Source of the DNA: Mobula hypostoma
Taxonomy: Eukaryota
Length of the DNA: 64,000 nt
Assembly: GCF_963921235.1 (NCBI RefSeq)
Contig: NC_086108.1
Location: forward strand, 117,554,001 to 117,618,000
Direction: 5' to 3'
Shown here one piece after another: positions 37,335 to 49,575 of this stretch. Positions within the stretch are counted from its first letter, which is position 1, and each line of letters starts with the position of its first letter. Both the position numbers and the translations under genes were made by a program. The notes below the pieces were generated by a model that had not been told where the DNA came from, ran no database searches, and was given only the letters and a program-made list of their open reading frames with translations.

Positions 37335-38491
37335 TCCCACCTGCTTCAAAAGGGCAACAATTATACCAGTGCCCAAGAAGAGTAGTGTGAGCTGCCTTAA
37401 TGACTATCATCCAGTAGCACTCAATTCTACAGTGATGAAGTAATTTGAGAGGTTGGGCATGACTAGAATCGACTCCTGCCTCAGCAAGGACTTGGACCTA
37501 CAATTTGCCTATTGCCACAATATGTCAATGGCAGACACAATCTCAGTGGCTCTTCACATGGCCTCAGATCTCTTGGACAACACAAACACGTATGTCAGGA
37601 TATGTGCTTAGCCCACTGCTCTACTCTCTAGATACCCATGACTGTGTAGCTAAGTACAGCTCAGGTACCATCTATAAATTTGCTGAGATACAACCATTGT
37701 TGGCAGAGTCTCAGATGGAGATGAGAGGGCTTACAAGAGTGAGATATACCAGCTAGTTGAGTGGTGTCACAGCAATAACCTTGCACTTAACATCTGTAAG
37801 ACCAAAGAACTGATTGTGTATTTCAGAAAGGGTAGGACAAGGGAACATGAACCAATCCTCATGGAGAGATCTGAGGATCTAATCTGGACCCAACATATCA
37901 AATCAGCTATAAAGAAGGCAAGATGGTAGCTATATTTCATTCCGAGTTTGAGGAGATTTGGTTTGTTACGTAAAACACTCGAAAACTTCTACAGTACTGT
38001 GGAGTGCGTTCTGACAGGCTGCATTACTGTCTGGTATGTGGGGGCTACTGCATAGGATTGAAAGAAGCTACAGATAGTTGTAAAATTAGTCGGCTGTATC
38101 TTGGGTCTAGTCTCCCTATTATCCAAAACATCTTCAAGGAGAGATGCCTCATAATGAGCGTCCATTATTAAGGACCCTCATCACCCAGGTCATGCCCTCT
38201 TCTCATTGTTACTGTAAGGAAAGAGGTACAGAGGCCTGATGGGGCACAGTCAGAAATTCAGGAACAGCTTCTTCCCCTCTGTCATCCGATTCCTAAATGG
38301 ACATTGAACCTAGTGACAATACCTCATTTAAAAAACATTATTTCTGTTTCTGCACAATTTTTAATTTACTATTTTTTATATATACTTCCTGTAATTGATT
38401 TAGCTTTTTTCTATATTATCATGTATTGTACTGCTGCCGCTATGTTAACAAATTTCACAACATATGCCGGTGGTATTAAACCTGATTCTGA
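37335..38491 (+). mobile_element. Decayed Rex1/Babar-like LINE
   Basis: [26 protein letters not shown] remnants; ATTAAACCTGATTCTGA tail. Confidence 0.75.
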
Positions 38492-39578
38492 GCGTGGATC
38501 TGCAGGAATGCCTGACATTGCTGAATACTTTGTGGTATGTGGTATGTATTGACATCCCCAACAATTCAAATCATTAACAGCATCTGCATATTTGTGTGAT
38601 ACCCATTAGGAGTCATTTCAACTGGCACATCATGAGTAGGAAAAGTAGGTAAACACATAACACCACAAACATCAAAATAAAATCTGTGATGTCCATATGC
38701 ATGCTTGAAATCTTCTCATTGCATCGGTCTTAATCTGGTGTCACTCTAGCTCATTTACAGTGGCCAGCATGTATCCACTTTACCTTTGACCTTGCCTACC
38801 AAATTGGTAATTAACGGTACTTGCTAAGGACCTTCCCACTAAGCTCCCAGTAGTTCCTTGTGTGGTTTCTTGGCCTGGACCCACTTGTCAAGAATCAGGG
38901 TGTGTCTTCCTTCCAATGGATCACTCTAAGCAGCAAACACTTGTTGAGAATCAGACTGAACAACTTGGGTTAGCTTCACACAATTAATTAAACTATCTGC
39001 CATAATGAGTACATCAACCTCTGAGATTGTCCATCCAGGACCATTTCTCTTGGTCTGTGCATTGAGTTCTTGTATGTTCAAGAATTCAATTTAGTTTCTA
39101 ATGTTTGAGTTATCAGGTTTTCTTCTATTTTCTTCATTCCTTCCCTTGCTGCCCTTTTTGCAGTTCTGTCTGTGAATACATTTCCACAGCTTTCATTGTG
39201 GTCACTTTTCAGTTCGGCCTGTTGTGCAGAGGTAACATGAGCTATATTTCCTGAGGCCATCACTTCATTTTCTGTGACAACAGTCCAACCAGCCATTTGA
39301 ATTCCTCCCTCAATGGTTGAGCAGCCATTAGTGACGAGAAGCAGATCTGGCACTTCCTTATGGTAATCTGCATCTTCCTGGCATGTTATTGTTCTTGCAC
39401 AGTCAGCGTGGTTTTCTATGTCTACTGGCAACAGTGTAGCTAGATCTGCTGGACTTGCTCATTGAATGATGATATTAGATACCTCAAGAACCTCTTGAGC
39501 AACCGAGCAGCTGTCACTTGAGAGGCCCTGTACATAGTCAGAAGAGTATGCACTGAATGTGGACATTGAGCATTTAAA
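38492..39578 (-). mobile_element. Class I (gamma/epsilon-like) endogenous retrovirus relic: pol connection, RNase H, integrase C-terminus, env N-terminus
   Basis: CPHSVHTLL...VTAAR and ADLATLLP (connection), AGWTVV...TSAQQAEL (RNase H), WEGP*QVPLIT...WIHAGHCK (integrase end), hydrophobic leader then YADAVNDLNCWGCQYIP (env SU CXXC). Confidence 0.72.
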
Positions 39579-39582
39579 GCAA

Positions 39583-39815
39583 CAGACACAAAATCCTGGA
39601 AGAACTCAACAGGTCAGGCAGCATCTATGGAAAAGAGTAAACAGTCAATATTTTGGATGAGACCTTTCTTTGGGACTGAGAAAGATGCCAGGATAAAAAG
39701 GTGGGGAGGGGGCAGGGGAAAGAGGTCAGCTAAAGGTGATAGGTGAAGCCAGGTGGGTGGGATTCCTCCAGTACTTTGTGTGCTTTGCTTTGGATTTCCA
39801 GCATCTGTACTGGTG
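39583..39815 (-). mobile_element. Old Penelope-derived pLTR relic with inverted ends and degenerate hammerhead
   Basis: CAGGTCAGGCAGCATCTATGG then CAGTC...GACTG stem around a decayed core (39642-39678); right end is the inverted CTCCAG...TTTCCAGCATCTG. Confidence 0.6.
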
Positions 39816-39989
39816 TTTGTAAATTGTTATGTAACTGCTATACCTCTTTATCACCAGTAGGTGGAGACAAACACAACTTGTGTATTGTGAAAAATACAGT
39901 TTAAAATGTTATTAAAACTACAATTCTAGTCTTACATTAATTCAACTAATACCTTATTAAAATCATAAAAACAACTAATTCCAATAGTT

Positions 39990-41100
39990 ATAAGGGCACT
40001 GAGAAGTGTGGTAGAACAGAGATCTGGGATTACAGATTCATATCTCCTCGAAAGTGGTGTCACAGGTGGACAGGGTCATAAAGAAATCTTTTGGCACATT
40101 GGCCATAAATTGATGTACTGAGTACAGGAGTTGGGATGTTATGTTGAAATTGTATAAGGTATTGGTGAGGCTTAATTTGGAGTATTGTGTCAGTTTTGGT
40201 TACCTACCTACAGGAAAGTTGTACATAATATTGGAAGAATACAGAGAAAATTTAGGAGGATGTTGCCGGGTCTGAAGGACCTGAGCTATAGGGAAAGGTT
40301 GAATAGGTTAGGAATTTATTGCTTGGAAGATAGGAGATTGAGGGGAGATTTGATGGAGATATACAAAATTTTGAGGGGTATAGATAAGGTAAATGCAAAC
40401 AGGCTTTTTTCCACCAGAACTAGAGGTCATGTGTTAAGGGTGAAAGGTGAAATATTTAAGGGGAACATGCAGGGGAACTTCTTCATTCAGTGGGTAGTGA
40501 GAGTCTGGAATAAGTTGTCAGTGCAAGTTGTAGATTGGAGGTTTGATTTCAACATTTCAGAGAAATTTGTATAGCTACATGGATGAGAGGTGTGTGGAGG
40601 GATATGGTCCGTGTGCAGGTCAGTGGGACTAGGCAGAAAATAGTTTGGCACAGCCAAGAAGGGCCAAAAAGGCCTGTTTCTGTGCTGTAGTTTTTCTATG
40701 GTTTCTACATGGATGAGAGTGGTATGGAGGGCTGTGGTCCAGGTGCTGGTCAATAGGACTAGTCAGATTAATGGTTTAGCACACACTAGATGGGCTGAAG
40801 GTCCTGTTTCTGTGCAGTAGTTTTCGATGACTCTATGATGTTTGGACAGGTACACAGATGGGAAAGAATTTGAGGAATATGAACCAAATGCAGGCAAATG
40901 GGACAAACTCGTTTAGGCAATTTGTTTGGCATGGACAAGTTGGGTTTAATATATATGAATCCATATATATTAAAGACTTTATTAATATAGAAGTATGATT
41001 TATATGTTCCTTCACTGGGACTAGGCAAATTAATAGTTCAGCACCAACTAGATGTGCTAAAGGGCTTGTTTCTGTGCAGAAGTCTTCTATAACTATGACT
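39990..41100 (+). mobile_element. CR1 3' fragment followed by stacked CR1 3' tails
   Basis: ORF 40185..40574; several CCTGTTTCTGTGC tail motifs at ~40673, ~40803, ~41065. Confidence 0.8.
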
Positions 41101-41524
41101 ATGTGTTAAAGTACAGGCCACAAATTTAACCCATATACCAACCAAGGGGTGTATTGAATTGAGTTGACTTTATTTCTTACATCCTACACATACATGAGGA
41201 ATGAATATGTCTCTGTCTGTGCAATGTGCAAATTATAGTAATTTGTAATAAATAGTATGTGCAGTAAAATATACAACAGAATAGTCAATATAGCTTAGAA
41301 GTACATTTCTGTCAGTGTGAATTAATCAGTCTGATGGCCTGGTGGAAGAAGCTGTCCCAGAGCCTGTTGTTCCTGGCTTTTATGCTGCGTTACTGTTTTG
41401 CGGATGGTAGCAGCTGGAACAGTTTGTGGTTGGGATGACTCGGGTCCCCAATGGAACAGATCGCTGCTCTACGAAGGTAGCCAGATCCCTCAAGACTGCA
41501 GCACTGGTTTACAAAATTGTAAGA

Positions 41525-42050
41525 GAAATAGAGAGGGTAGACAAGAGTATAACTACCCCAGGAGAGGTCTATAACAACAGTGTATAGAGTTTAGAAAGTA
41601 GAAAATATGTCCCCATAGGGGTAAATAACCATAAAGAATTAAGATGGGAGTGAACCGACCTCAGAAAGGTCTATAATGATAAAGGGGGTAGACAGGGGTA
41701 AATCTGTCCCCAGAGGGGTCTATAACCATACAGAAAGTATGGAGAGTTTAGTCAGGAGTGCACCTGTCCCAGAGGGGTCCATAACCATAGAGAGGGTACA
41801 GAGGGTTTAGACAGGAGTTAACCTGCCCCACAGAGGGGTCTATAACCACAGAGGGTAGACAGGAATAAATCCGTCCTCAGAGGGGGTCAATAGTCTTAAG
41901 GAGGGTAAGGAGACTTTAGTCAGGTGTGAACCTGACCCCAGAAAGCTCGATAACAATAGAGAGCAGAGAAGTCTATAATCATAGAGATGGTAAAGAGTAT
42001 TTGGACAGGTGTACAGCAGCACTCCTCTACCGAGGGGCGATAACCACGGG
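41525..42050. repeat. Degenerate minisatellite (~45-60 bp unit, AGAGGGTAGACAGGAG...CCCCAGAGGGGTCTATAACCAT)
   Basis: Motifs GGGGTCTATAACCA and TAGACAGG recur throughout. Confidence 0.7.
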
Positions 42051-42256
42051 TTTACGTTCGGGAGTCAGTTGTTTAGTATTCCTGCAGAGGGCGGGATTTT
42101 GAAATCATTGGCACCAGAGGCTCCCAAAATGTCAATTAATAGTCTGGAGTATTACACACTGGAATATATGGGCCAAAGGGCCTGATTCTCGAGGTTTTAC
42201 TCTGAGTCTGCCGCCCACTTACAGATGAGGGCAATTCAGTCACTAGTTATAGAAAA

Positions 42257-45200
42257 GAAAACCATAGAAACTACAGCACAGAAACAGGCTTTTTGGTCCT
42301 TCTTGGCTGTGCCGAACCATTTTCTGCCTAGTCCCACCGACCTGCACACGGACCATATCCCTCCATACACCCCCCATCCATGTATCTGTCCAATTTATTC
42401 TTAAATCTTAAAAAAGAACCCACATTTACCACCTCGTCTGGCAGCTCATTCCATACTCCCACCACTCTCTGTGTGAAGAAGCCCCCACCCCAATGTTCCC
42501 TTTAAACTTTTCCCCCCTCACCCTTAACCCATGTCCTCTGGTTATTTTCTCCCCTTGCCTCAGTGGAAAAAGCCTGCTTGCATTCACTCTATCAATACCC
42601 ATCATAATTTTATATACCTCTATCAAATCTCCCCTCATTCTTCTACGCTCCAGGGAATAAAGTCCTAACTTATTCAACCTTTCTCTGTAACTGAGTTTCT
42701 CAAGTCCCGGCAACATCCTTGTAAACCTTCTCTGCACTATTTCAACCTTATTTATATCCTTCCTGTAATTTGGTGACCAAAACTGAACACAGTACTCCAG
42801 ATTCGGCCTCACCAATGCCTTATATAACCTCATCATAACATTCCAGCTCTTATACTCAATACTTTGATTAATAAAGGCCAATGTACCAAAAGCTCTCTTT
42901 ACAACCCTATCTACCTGTGACACCACTTTCAGGGAATTTTGCATCTGTATTCCCAGATCCCTCTGTTCCACTGCACTCCTCACTGCCTTACCATTAACCC
43001 TGTATGTTCTACCTTGGTTTGTCCTTCCAACATGCAATACTTCACACTTGTCTGTATTAAACTCCATCTGCCATTTTTCAGCCCATTTTTCCAGCTGGTC
43101 CAAGTCCCTCTGCAGGCTCTGAAAACCTTCCTCACTGTCTACTACACCTCCAATCTTTGTATCATCAGCCAATTTGCTGATCCAATTTACCACATTATCA
43201 TCCAGATCATTGATATAGATGACAAATAACAATGGACCCAGCACCAATCCCTGTGGCACACCACTAGTCACAGGCCTCCACTCGGAGAAGCAATTCTTTC
43301 CTCCCACTCTTTGGCTTCTTCCATTGAGCCAATGTCTAATCCAATTTACCACCTCTCCATGTATACCTAGCGACTGAATTTTCCTAACTAACCTCCCATG
43401 CGGGACCTTGTCAAAGGCCTTACTGAAGTCCATGTAGACAATATCCACTGCCTTCCCTTCATCCACTTTCCTGGTAACCTCCTCGAAAAACTCCAATAGT
43501 TTGGTCAAACATGACCTACCACACGCAAAGCCATGTTGACTCTCCCTAATAAGTCCCTGTCTATCCAAATGCTTGTAGATTCTGTCTCTTAGTACTCCCT
43601 CCAATAACTTACCTACTACTGATGTTAAACTTACTGGCCTATAATTTCCCAGATTACTTTCCGATCCTTTTTTAAACAACGGAACAACATGAGCCACTCT
43701 CCAATCCTCCGGCACCTCACCTGTAGACAGTGACATTTTAAACATCTGCCAGGGCCCCTGCAATTTCAACACTAGTCTCCTTCAAGGTCCGAGGGAACAC
43801 TCTGTCAGGTCCCGGGGATTTATCTATTTTAATTTTCCTCAAGACAGCAAGGACCTCCTCCTTTTCAATCTGTACAGTTCCTATGATCTCACTACTTGAT
43901 TCCCTCAATTCCATAGATTTCATGCCAGCTTCCTTAGTAAATACAGACACAAAAAACCTATTTAAGATCTCCCCCATTTCCTTTGGTTCCACACATAGCT
44001 GACCACTCTGATCTTCAAGAGGACCAATTTTATCCCTTACAATCCTTTTGCTCTTAATATACTTGTAAAAGCTCTTTGGATTATCCTTCACTTTGACTGC
44101 CAAGGCAACCTCATGTCCATTTTTAGCCCTCCTGATTTCTTTCTTAAGTATTTTCTTGCACTTCTTATACTCCTCAAGCACCTTATTTACCCCCTGTTTC
44201 CTATACATTTCATACAACTCCCTCTTCTTCTTTATCAGAGTTCCAATATCCCTTGAGAACCAAGGTTCCTTATTCCTATTCATTTTGCCTTTAATCCTGA
44301 CAGGAACATACAAGCTCTGCACTCTCAAAATTTCTCCTTTGTAGGCTTCCCATCTACCGATCACATCTTTGCCAGAGAACAACCTGTCCCAATCCACGCT
44401 TTGTAGATCCTTTTTCATTTCTTCAAATTTGGCCTTCTTCCAGTTAAGCTCAACCCTAGGACCTGATCTATCCTTGTCCATGATCAAGTTGAAACTAATG
44501 ATGTTATGATCACTGGAACCAAAGTGCTCCCCTACACAGACTTCCATCACTTACCCTAATTCGTTTCCTAACAGGAGATCCAATATTGCATCCCTCTAGT
44601 TGGTCCCTCTATATACTGATTTAGAAAACCTTCCCGAACACATTTTACAAACTCTAAACCATCTAGACCCCTAACAGTATGGGAGACCCAATCAATGTAT
44701 GGAAAATTAAAATCCCCTACCACCACAACTTTATATTTCCTGCAGTTGCCTGCTATCTCTCTGCAGATTTGCTCTTCCAATTCTCGATGACTATTGGATG
44801 GTCTGTAATACAATCCCACTAATGCGGCCGTACCTTTCCTGTTTCTCAGCTCCACCCATAAGGACTCAGTACACAAGCCCTCTAGTCTGTCCGGCCTGAG
44901 CACTGCTGTAATATGTTCCCTAACAAGCAATGCTACTCCCCCACCTTTCATTCCTCTGTCTCGATCACATCTGAAACATCGGAACCCTGGAATATTAAGC
45001 TGCCAGTTCTGCCCCTCCTGTAGCCAAGTTTCATTAATTGCTACAACGTCATAATTCCACGCGTCAATCCACGCCCTCAACTCATCCGCCTTCCCCGCAA
45101 TACTCCTAGCATTGAAATACATACACCTCAGAAGATTTTTACCACCACTCACAACCTTTCTATTAGCGGATTTGCTTGAACTTTTAACATCATTTATTTT

Positions 45201-45372
45201 CACCCCAGCCACACTGTCAGCTCTGGCACTCTGGTTCCCATCCCCCTGCAAATCCAGTTTAAAGCCTCCCCAATAGCACTAACAAACCTCCCTGAAAGGA
45301 TATTGGTCCCCCTGTAGTTCAAGTGTAACCCGTTTCTCTTGTACAGGTCCCACCTGCCCCAGAAGAGGTCCC
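42257..45372 (-). mobile_element. CR1 LINE with almost complete ORF2 (few frameshifts), same subfamily as 25014-28135
   Basis: ORFs 44568..45251 (endonuclease), 43738..44550, 42426..43772 (RT); ORF1 end DLYKRNGLHLNYRGT; AACCATAGAAAC tail. Confidence 0.93.
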
Positions 45373-45399
45373 ACTTATCCTTTGGGATATGGGAGGAAA

Positions 45400-46024
45400 T
45401 GTAGACACCCGCGTGAAATCCAGGCGCTGCAGAGCAAAGAGTGCCGGAGCTCGGCACCAACCTGGTCTCTCGGCCAGTGAAGCAGCCGCGGGGTCACCCG
45501 GCCACAGGGCAAAGGGTTAATCCCGTAAGGACAGCGGAGGGGGTCGCTATGCTTAGGATGGGCCGAGCGGCGCTGCCTCCTGTTGTCCGCGTCCACGCGA
45601 CCTCGAGGGCCTCCCCATAGCGCGCGTTCTCGATGGTGCACGCCTTCGTCTCGGGCGCGCTCTGGAGAGGCCAAAGTAGCGGACGGAAAAAGGGCTCCGG
45701 CTCTGAAAATAACTCGGCGGTTCGGCTGAGTACAGAGAAAGTGGGGGCGGAAGAGAGAGACAGAGAGAGAAAGGGAGGGGTTGAGGGAGCTAAAGTGGGA
45801 GGAAAGGGAATAGAGTGAAAGACCGAGAAAGGAGAAGCGTGAGGAAAGAGGCGTAAAGGAGGAACGGCTGGTGAGGGAGGGAGGAGGAAAGGGAGAGAAA
45901 AAGAGGCAGGGTAGGGCAGAAAAGAGAGAGGAGAGGAAGGAGGGAGGGGAGGAGGAGAGAAGGACCGGCGGCGGCGGATGGGGAGAGGCTGAGCGGGGAG
46001 AAGCAGACTAGCTCCGGCGGCGGG
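45400..46024 (+). promoter_or_regulatory. CpG-rich promoter/5' UTR region of VAV1 with a purine-rich tract
   Basis: Most CpG-dense non-repeat segment of the window; GA-rich tract ~45745-45962 with several GGAA cores directly before the ATG. Confidence 0.7.
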
Positions 46025-46228
46025 ATGGAGCTTTGGCGGCAGTGTACGCTCTGGCTGGCTGCCTGTGGAGTTTTGCCCCCCGGACACCGGCTGAATGGCC
46101 CGGAGGCGCGGTTGTTCGAGTTAGCGCAGAGTCTGCGGGACGGAGTGCTGTTGTGCCGACTGCTCGGGGTGCTAAGGTCCGGCTGCATCAGCACCAAGCA
46201 CATCAGCCAGCGGCCACACATGTCTCAG
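46025..46228 (+). CDS. VAV1: VAV guanine nucleotide exchange factor 1, coding exon 1 (calponin-homology domain)
   Basis: [11 protein letters not shown]...[13 protein letters not shown]...RPHMSQ, 204 nt, donor GTAAGG at 46229; MELWRQCT start matches VAV1 rather than VAV2 (MEQWRQC) or VAV3 (MEPWKQC). Confidence 0.9.
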
Positions 46229-47517
46229 GTAAGGAGCCAAACCCTTCTCATGACACAGGGCGCTCCCTCTGCACGTACATCCAGAAGTACAGGAGTCTAA
46301 AATTAGAGGTCACAGGTTTAAGGCTAGAGGGGAAGGTCTTAAAGGGGGACCTCAGGTCCTGATTTTCACACAGAGGGTGGTGGGTATAGGGAACGAACTG
46401 CCAGAGAAAGTGGCTGAGGCAGGTACATTAACAAAAGACACTCGTGAATAGGAAAGGTTTAGAGGGATATGGGCCAAATGTGGGCAAGGCACAAGCTCCG
46501 TAAGGCATCTTTGTCAGAGTGGATAAGTAGGGCCGAAGGGCCTAATTCCAAGTTGTGTAACTCTATCACCTTTAACGCTGTCCCTCCCGTGGTGGTTCAC
46601 TTCCTTCGCACATTTCCTCGGATTGTGGGATGCTCCCTCAGTACATTACCATAGACAATGGAGTGCGCCCACAGGCATTGGGTCACTGTCAACATGTTCC
46701 CTTAGAGGGTAGGGCGCTCCCTTGGCTGGTGGCTGCTCCTTTGAACCATGCTGTGCCCTCTCAGCACGTCCCCTTGGGCAGTGCAGCGCCTCTTTAAGTT
46801 CAAGTTCAGATGTCACTCAGCAGTAGCCAAACGAAGCAGTGTTCCTCTGGGGCCAAGTTGCAAAGCACAGTGCTAACAGTCATCCACAACACGTAGCACG
46901 TATACTTAGAATAGCGAACAAACACACAGTCATGAAAATATATACCCAAGTCCCTGAGTGTAATGACCTGTATGGTGGTGTGCTCCTTCAGCTACCTCAG
47001 ATGGTGGGGCATTCCCTTACCCTCTTCAGATTTGATCAGCTGGTATGGGGGAAGGGACGAGAAAAGAGGATGTCTTAGTAAGGTTGTTCCCAGGCAGGCC
47101 ACAATAGCTGTCTGGATTCTGCAGGCAGGCAGTGGAGGGTTCTGCCTGAGCTGACTGCCTGCAATGCTCAAGGGGTATATCTGAAGGTAATGGTCACCTG
47201 GAGATAGAACACACAGTCTCCACTGGTGTCATGGAGGTGTTCAGGGACTGTAAGGTGCCGCATGGGGTCAATGCTATCCTAGATCAGGTTAGAAATGTTT
47301 TAATTTAGTCTGTGTTAGTCATTGTTATTGTGCCTCGTGCTGTTATTGTAGAATGAAGAAGTTGCGATAAATGTATTTTTGTAAAAAATAATCAGTACGC
47401 TCCCTCGGATGGTGGGCCGCTCCCACAGTTGATGTAGTATTCCCTTGGACAGTGTGGTGTTCCCTCAGTATTCTCCCTCAGACGGTGGGCTGCTCCCTCA
47501 GTTGATACAGTGCTCCC

Positions 47518-49025
47518 TTAGTGTAACTTTTGAGGATTTGGTAAGTGAGACAGAAAATACTGACTGTGAGTAAATATATTTACTCACAACGAAAAAAACT
47601 ACTAAACATTTACATTTATGTTCCCTAAGTTACAGAAACTACAAAGCTGAATATTCAATAAATGTATTCAGTTAAAAGCACACACAGAGCATATCTGCCC
47701 AATGGTTATGTGCACCGCTTGCCTTAAACAAAGGAAGAGAGAACAAGCCCATTCTACATGCTATTTTATACCCAGATTAGTTAAAACTGGACACCAGGCA
47801 GCTAACCAATGGGAAAAAAAACACTTGCAGTTTCGAAACTAACCAATTGTGCCAAAGCGACTTTCGACAGAATAAGCCACAACCCCCCACACTTAGATGG
47901 AGCTGTGTTCCATCAATATGCTTCTTTGGTTAGTGGGTTGTGATGTGTGCTCCCTTAAATCTCAAAGAAGGAGCATGGCTTCTCTTATTAAGAAAGCCTA
48001 TTTGCTCTACTTTGGGTGTAAATTTGGCAACCCTGGGATCTTCACATTTGTTGCGCAACATGTGCTGTCAATCTCTGAGCCTGGCTCAGAGGTACTTGGC
48101 AGTCTGTGCTGTTTGCTATCCCGATGATATGTCTAGAGTGGAAGGATCATGTCACAGACTGCTACTTCTATCTGACCAATGTGTCTGGTTTCTCTGCTAA
48201 AAACAAGGAATCCATTGAATAGCCTAATCTACCTTCAGCTATGAGACCTGTGCTGCATCAGTGGAGAAGAGTACGAGATACGACATAGATTGGGAGACTG
48301 CTTCACCAAGCACCTACGCTCCGTCCACCAGAAAAAGTGGGATATACGACATCCAAGTTTATACAAATCCAAATATACAACATCCACTGCATCCCCTTTA
48401 TCTATCCTACATGTAATCTCCTCAAAGAATTCCAACAGGTTCATCAGGCAGGATTTTCCCTTAAGGAAACCATGCTAACTTTGTCCTATCTTGTCCTGTG
48501 TCACCAAGTACTCCATAACCTCATCCTTAACAATTGACTTCAACATCTTCCCAGTCACTGAGGTCAGGCTAACCGGTCTATAGCTGGTCTATGTTTAGAT
48601 ATTTGAGACAGATATTTCCCAGAATAACTGATGTCAAGATTAAGGAAGGCATTTTTGTTGGTCCACAAATCAAACAGGTCATCAATAATAGGCAATTTGA
48701 AGAACTTCTAGTGGGACCGGAGAAAATTGCATGGAAGGCTTGTCAAGATGGTGTTGAAAATTTTCTTGGCAACCACAGAGCACCAAACTATATGCAGCTG
48801 ATTGACAGCATACTTCAAGCGTACAAAACCATGACGTGCACGTCACTAAAGATTCATTTGTTACATTTTCACTTAGACCTCTTCCCGGCAAATGTTGACA
48901 GTGTCAGTGACGAGCATGCTGAAAGGTTTCACCAGGGTATTGCAGTCATGGAGAAACGGTATCAGAGCGACAGCAATCCATCAGTGCTGGCTGATTATTG
49001 TTAGACACTTAAGTGAGAAGCCTCT
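47518..49025 (+). mobile_element. Chapaev-like (CMC superfamily) DNA transposon relic in VAV1 intron 1, interrupted by PLE (~48270-48340) and CR1 (~48355-48585) scraps
   Basis: KKAYLLYFGCK and DHVTDCYF N-terminal remnants; ORF 48591..49004 KIKEGIFVGPQI...SLKIHLLHFHLD...SDEHAERFHQ...MEKRYQ...LADYC. Confidence 0.72.
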
Positions 49026-49458
49026 GCCGAGGGAAACAGATTCTTCATATTTACTCTCTCTGGGCACATCAAATTCAATTCTTTTAACCTCAAAGGAACA
49101 ACAAAGCTAACAGCCCCAACTTGCACAACTGATCCTTCTGAAGATGTGTTGGTCTGTGGGTTAAATAGCTGCTGTAGATTACCCCCAATATGTGGGTTAG
49201 GGGTAGAAAGTTGGGGGGGAGTTGATGGGAATATAGGGAGAATAAAATGGGATGAGTGTAAATGGGTTATTGATGGTTGGCAAGGAGACAGGCCAGTTAC
49301 CATATTGTAGGGCTCTGTTAAACTTTGTCTAAGGAATGGTCTTAATTTATTTCTTTGAGGTAATTGTTTTACTTTGGGTGAGTAGACTGCAGATGTTTGT
49401 CCAGTTGTCTTGAATTTCCTGCACTGTCACAATTAATGTGTTAACCTTTCCCCTTCAG

Positions 49459-49575
49459 TTCCTGTGTCTGAAGAATATTCGGACCTTCCTGTCTACCTGC
49501 TGTGACACATTTGGCATGCGAAGGAACGATCTGTTTGATGCTTTCGATCTTTTTGATGTCCGTGACTTTGCAAAG
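49459..49575 (+). CDS. VAV1: VAV1 coding exon 2
   Basis: Pyrimidine tract and CAG ending 49458, donor GTAGGG at 49576; 117 nt encoding [39 protein letters not shown]; absent from the ORF track. Confidence 0.93.

Noticed and set aside
3453..43772. Multiple RT ORFs as a possible retron, DGR or other novel RT system
   Set aside because: All carry motifs, tails and TSDs of known eukaryotic CR1, Rex1/Babar, I-group or Gypsy elements
45375..46221. Antisense ORFs over the VAV1 promoter (45375..45674, 45494..46087, 45790..46221)
   Set aside because: Low-complexity products of GC-rich and purine-rich sequence; no recognisable domain
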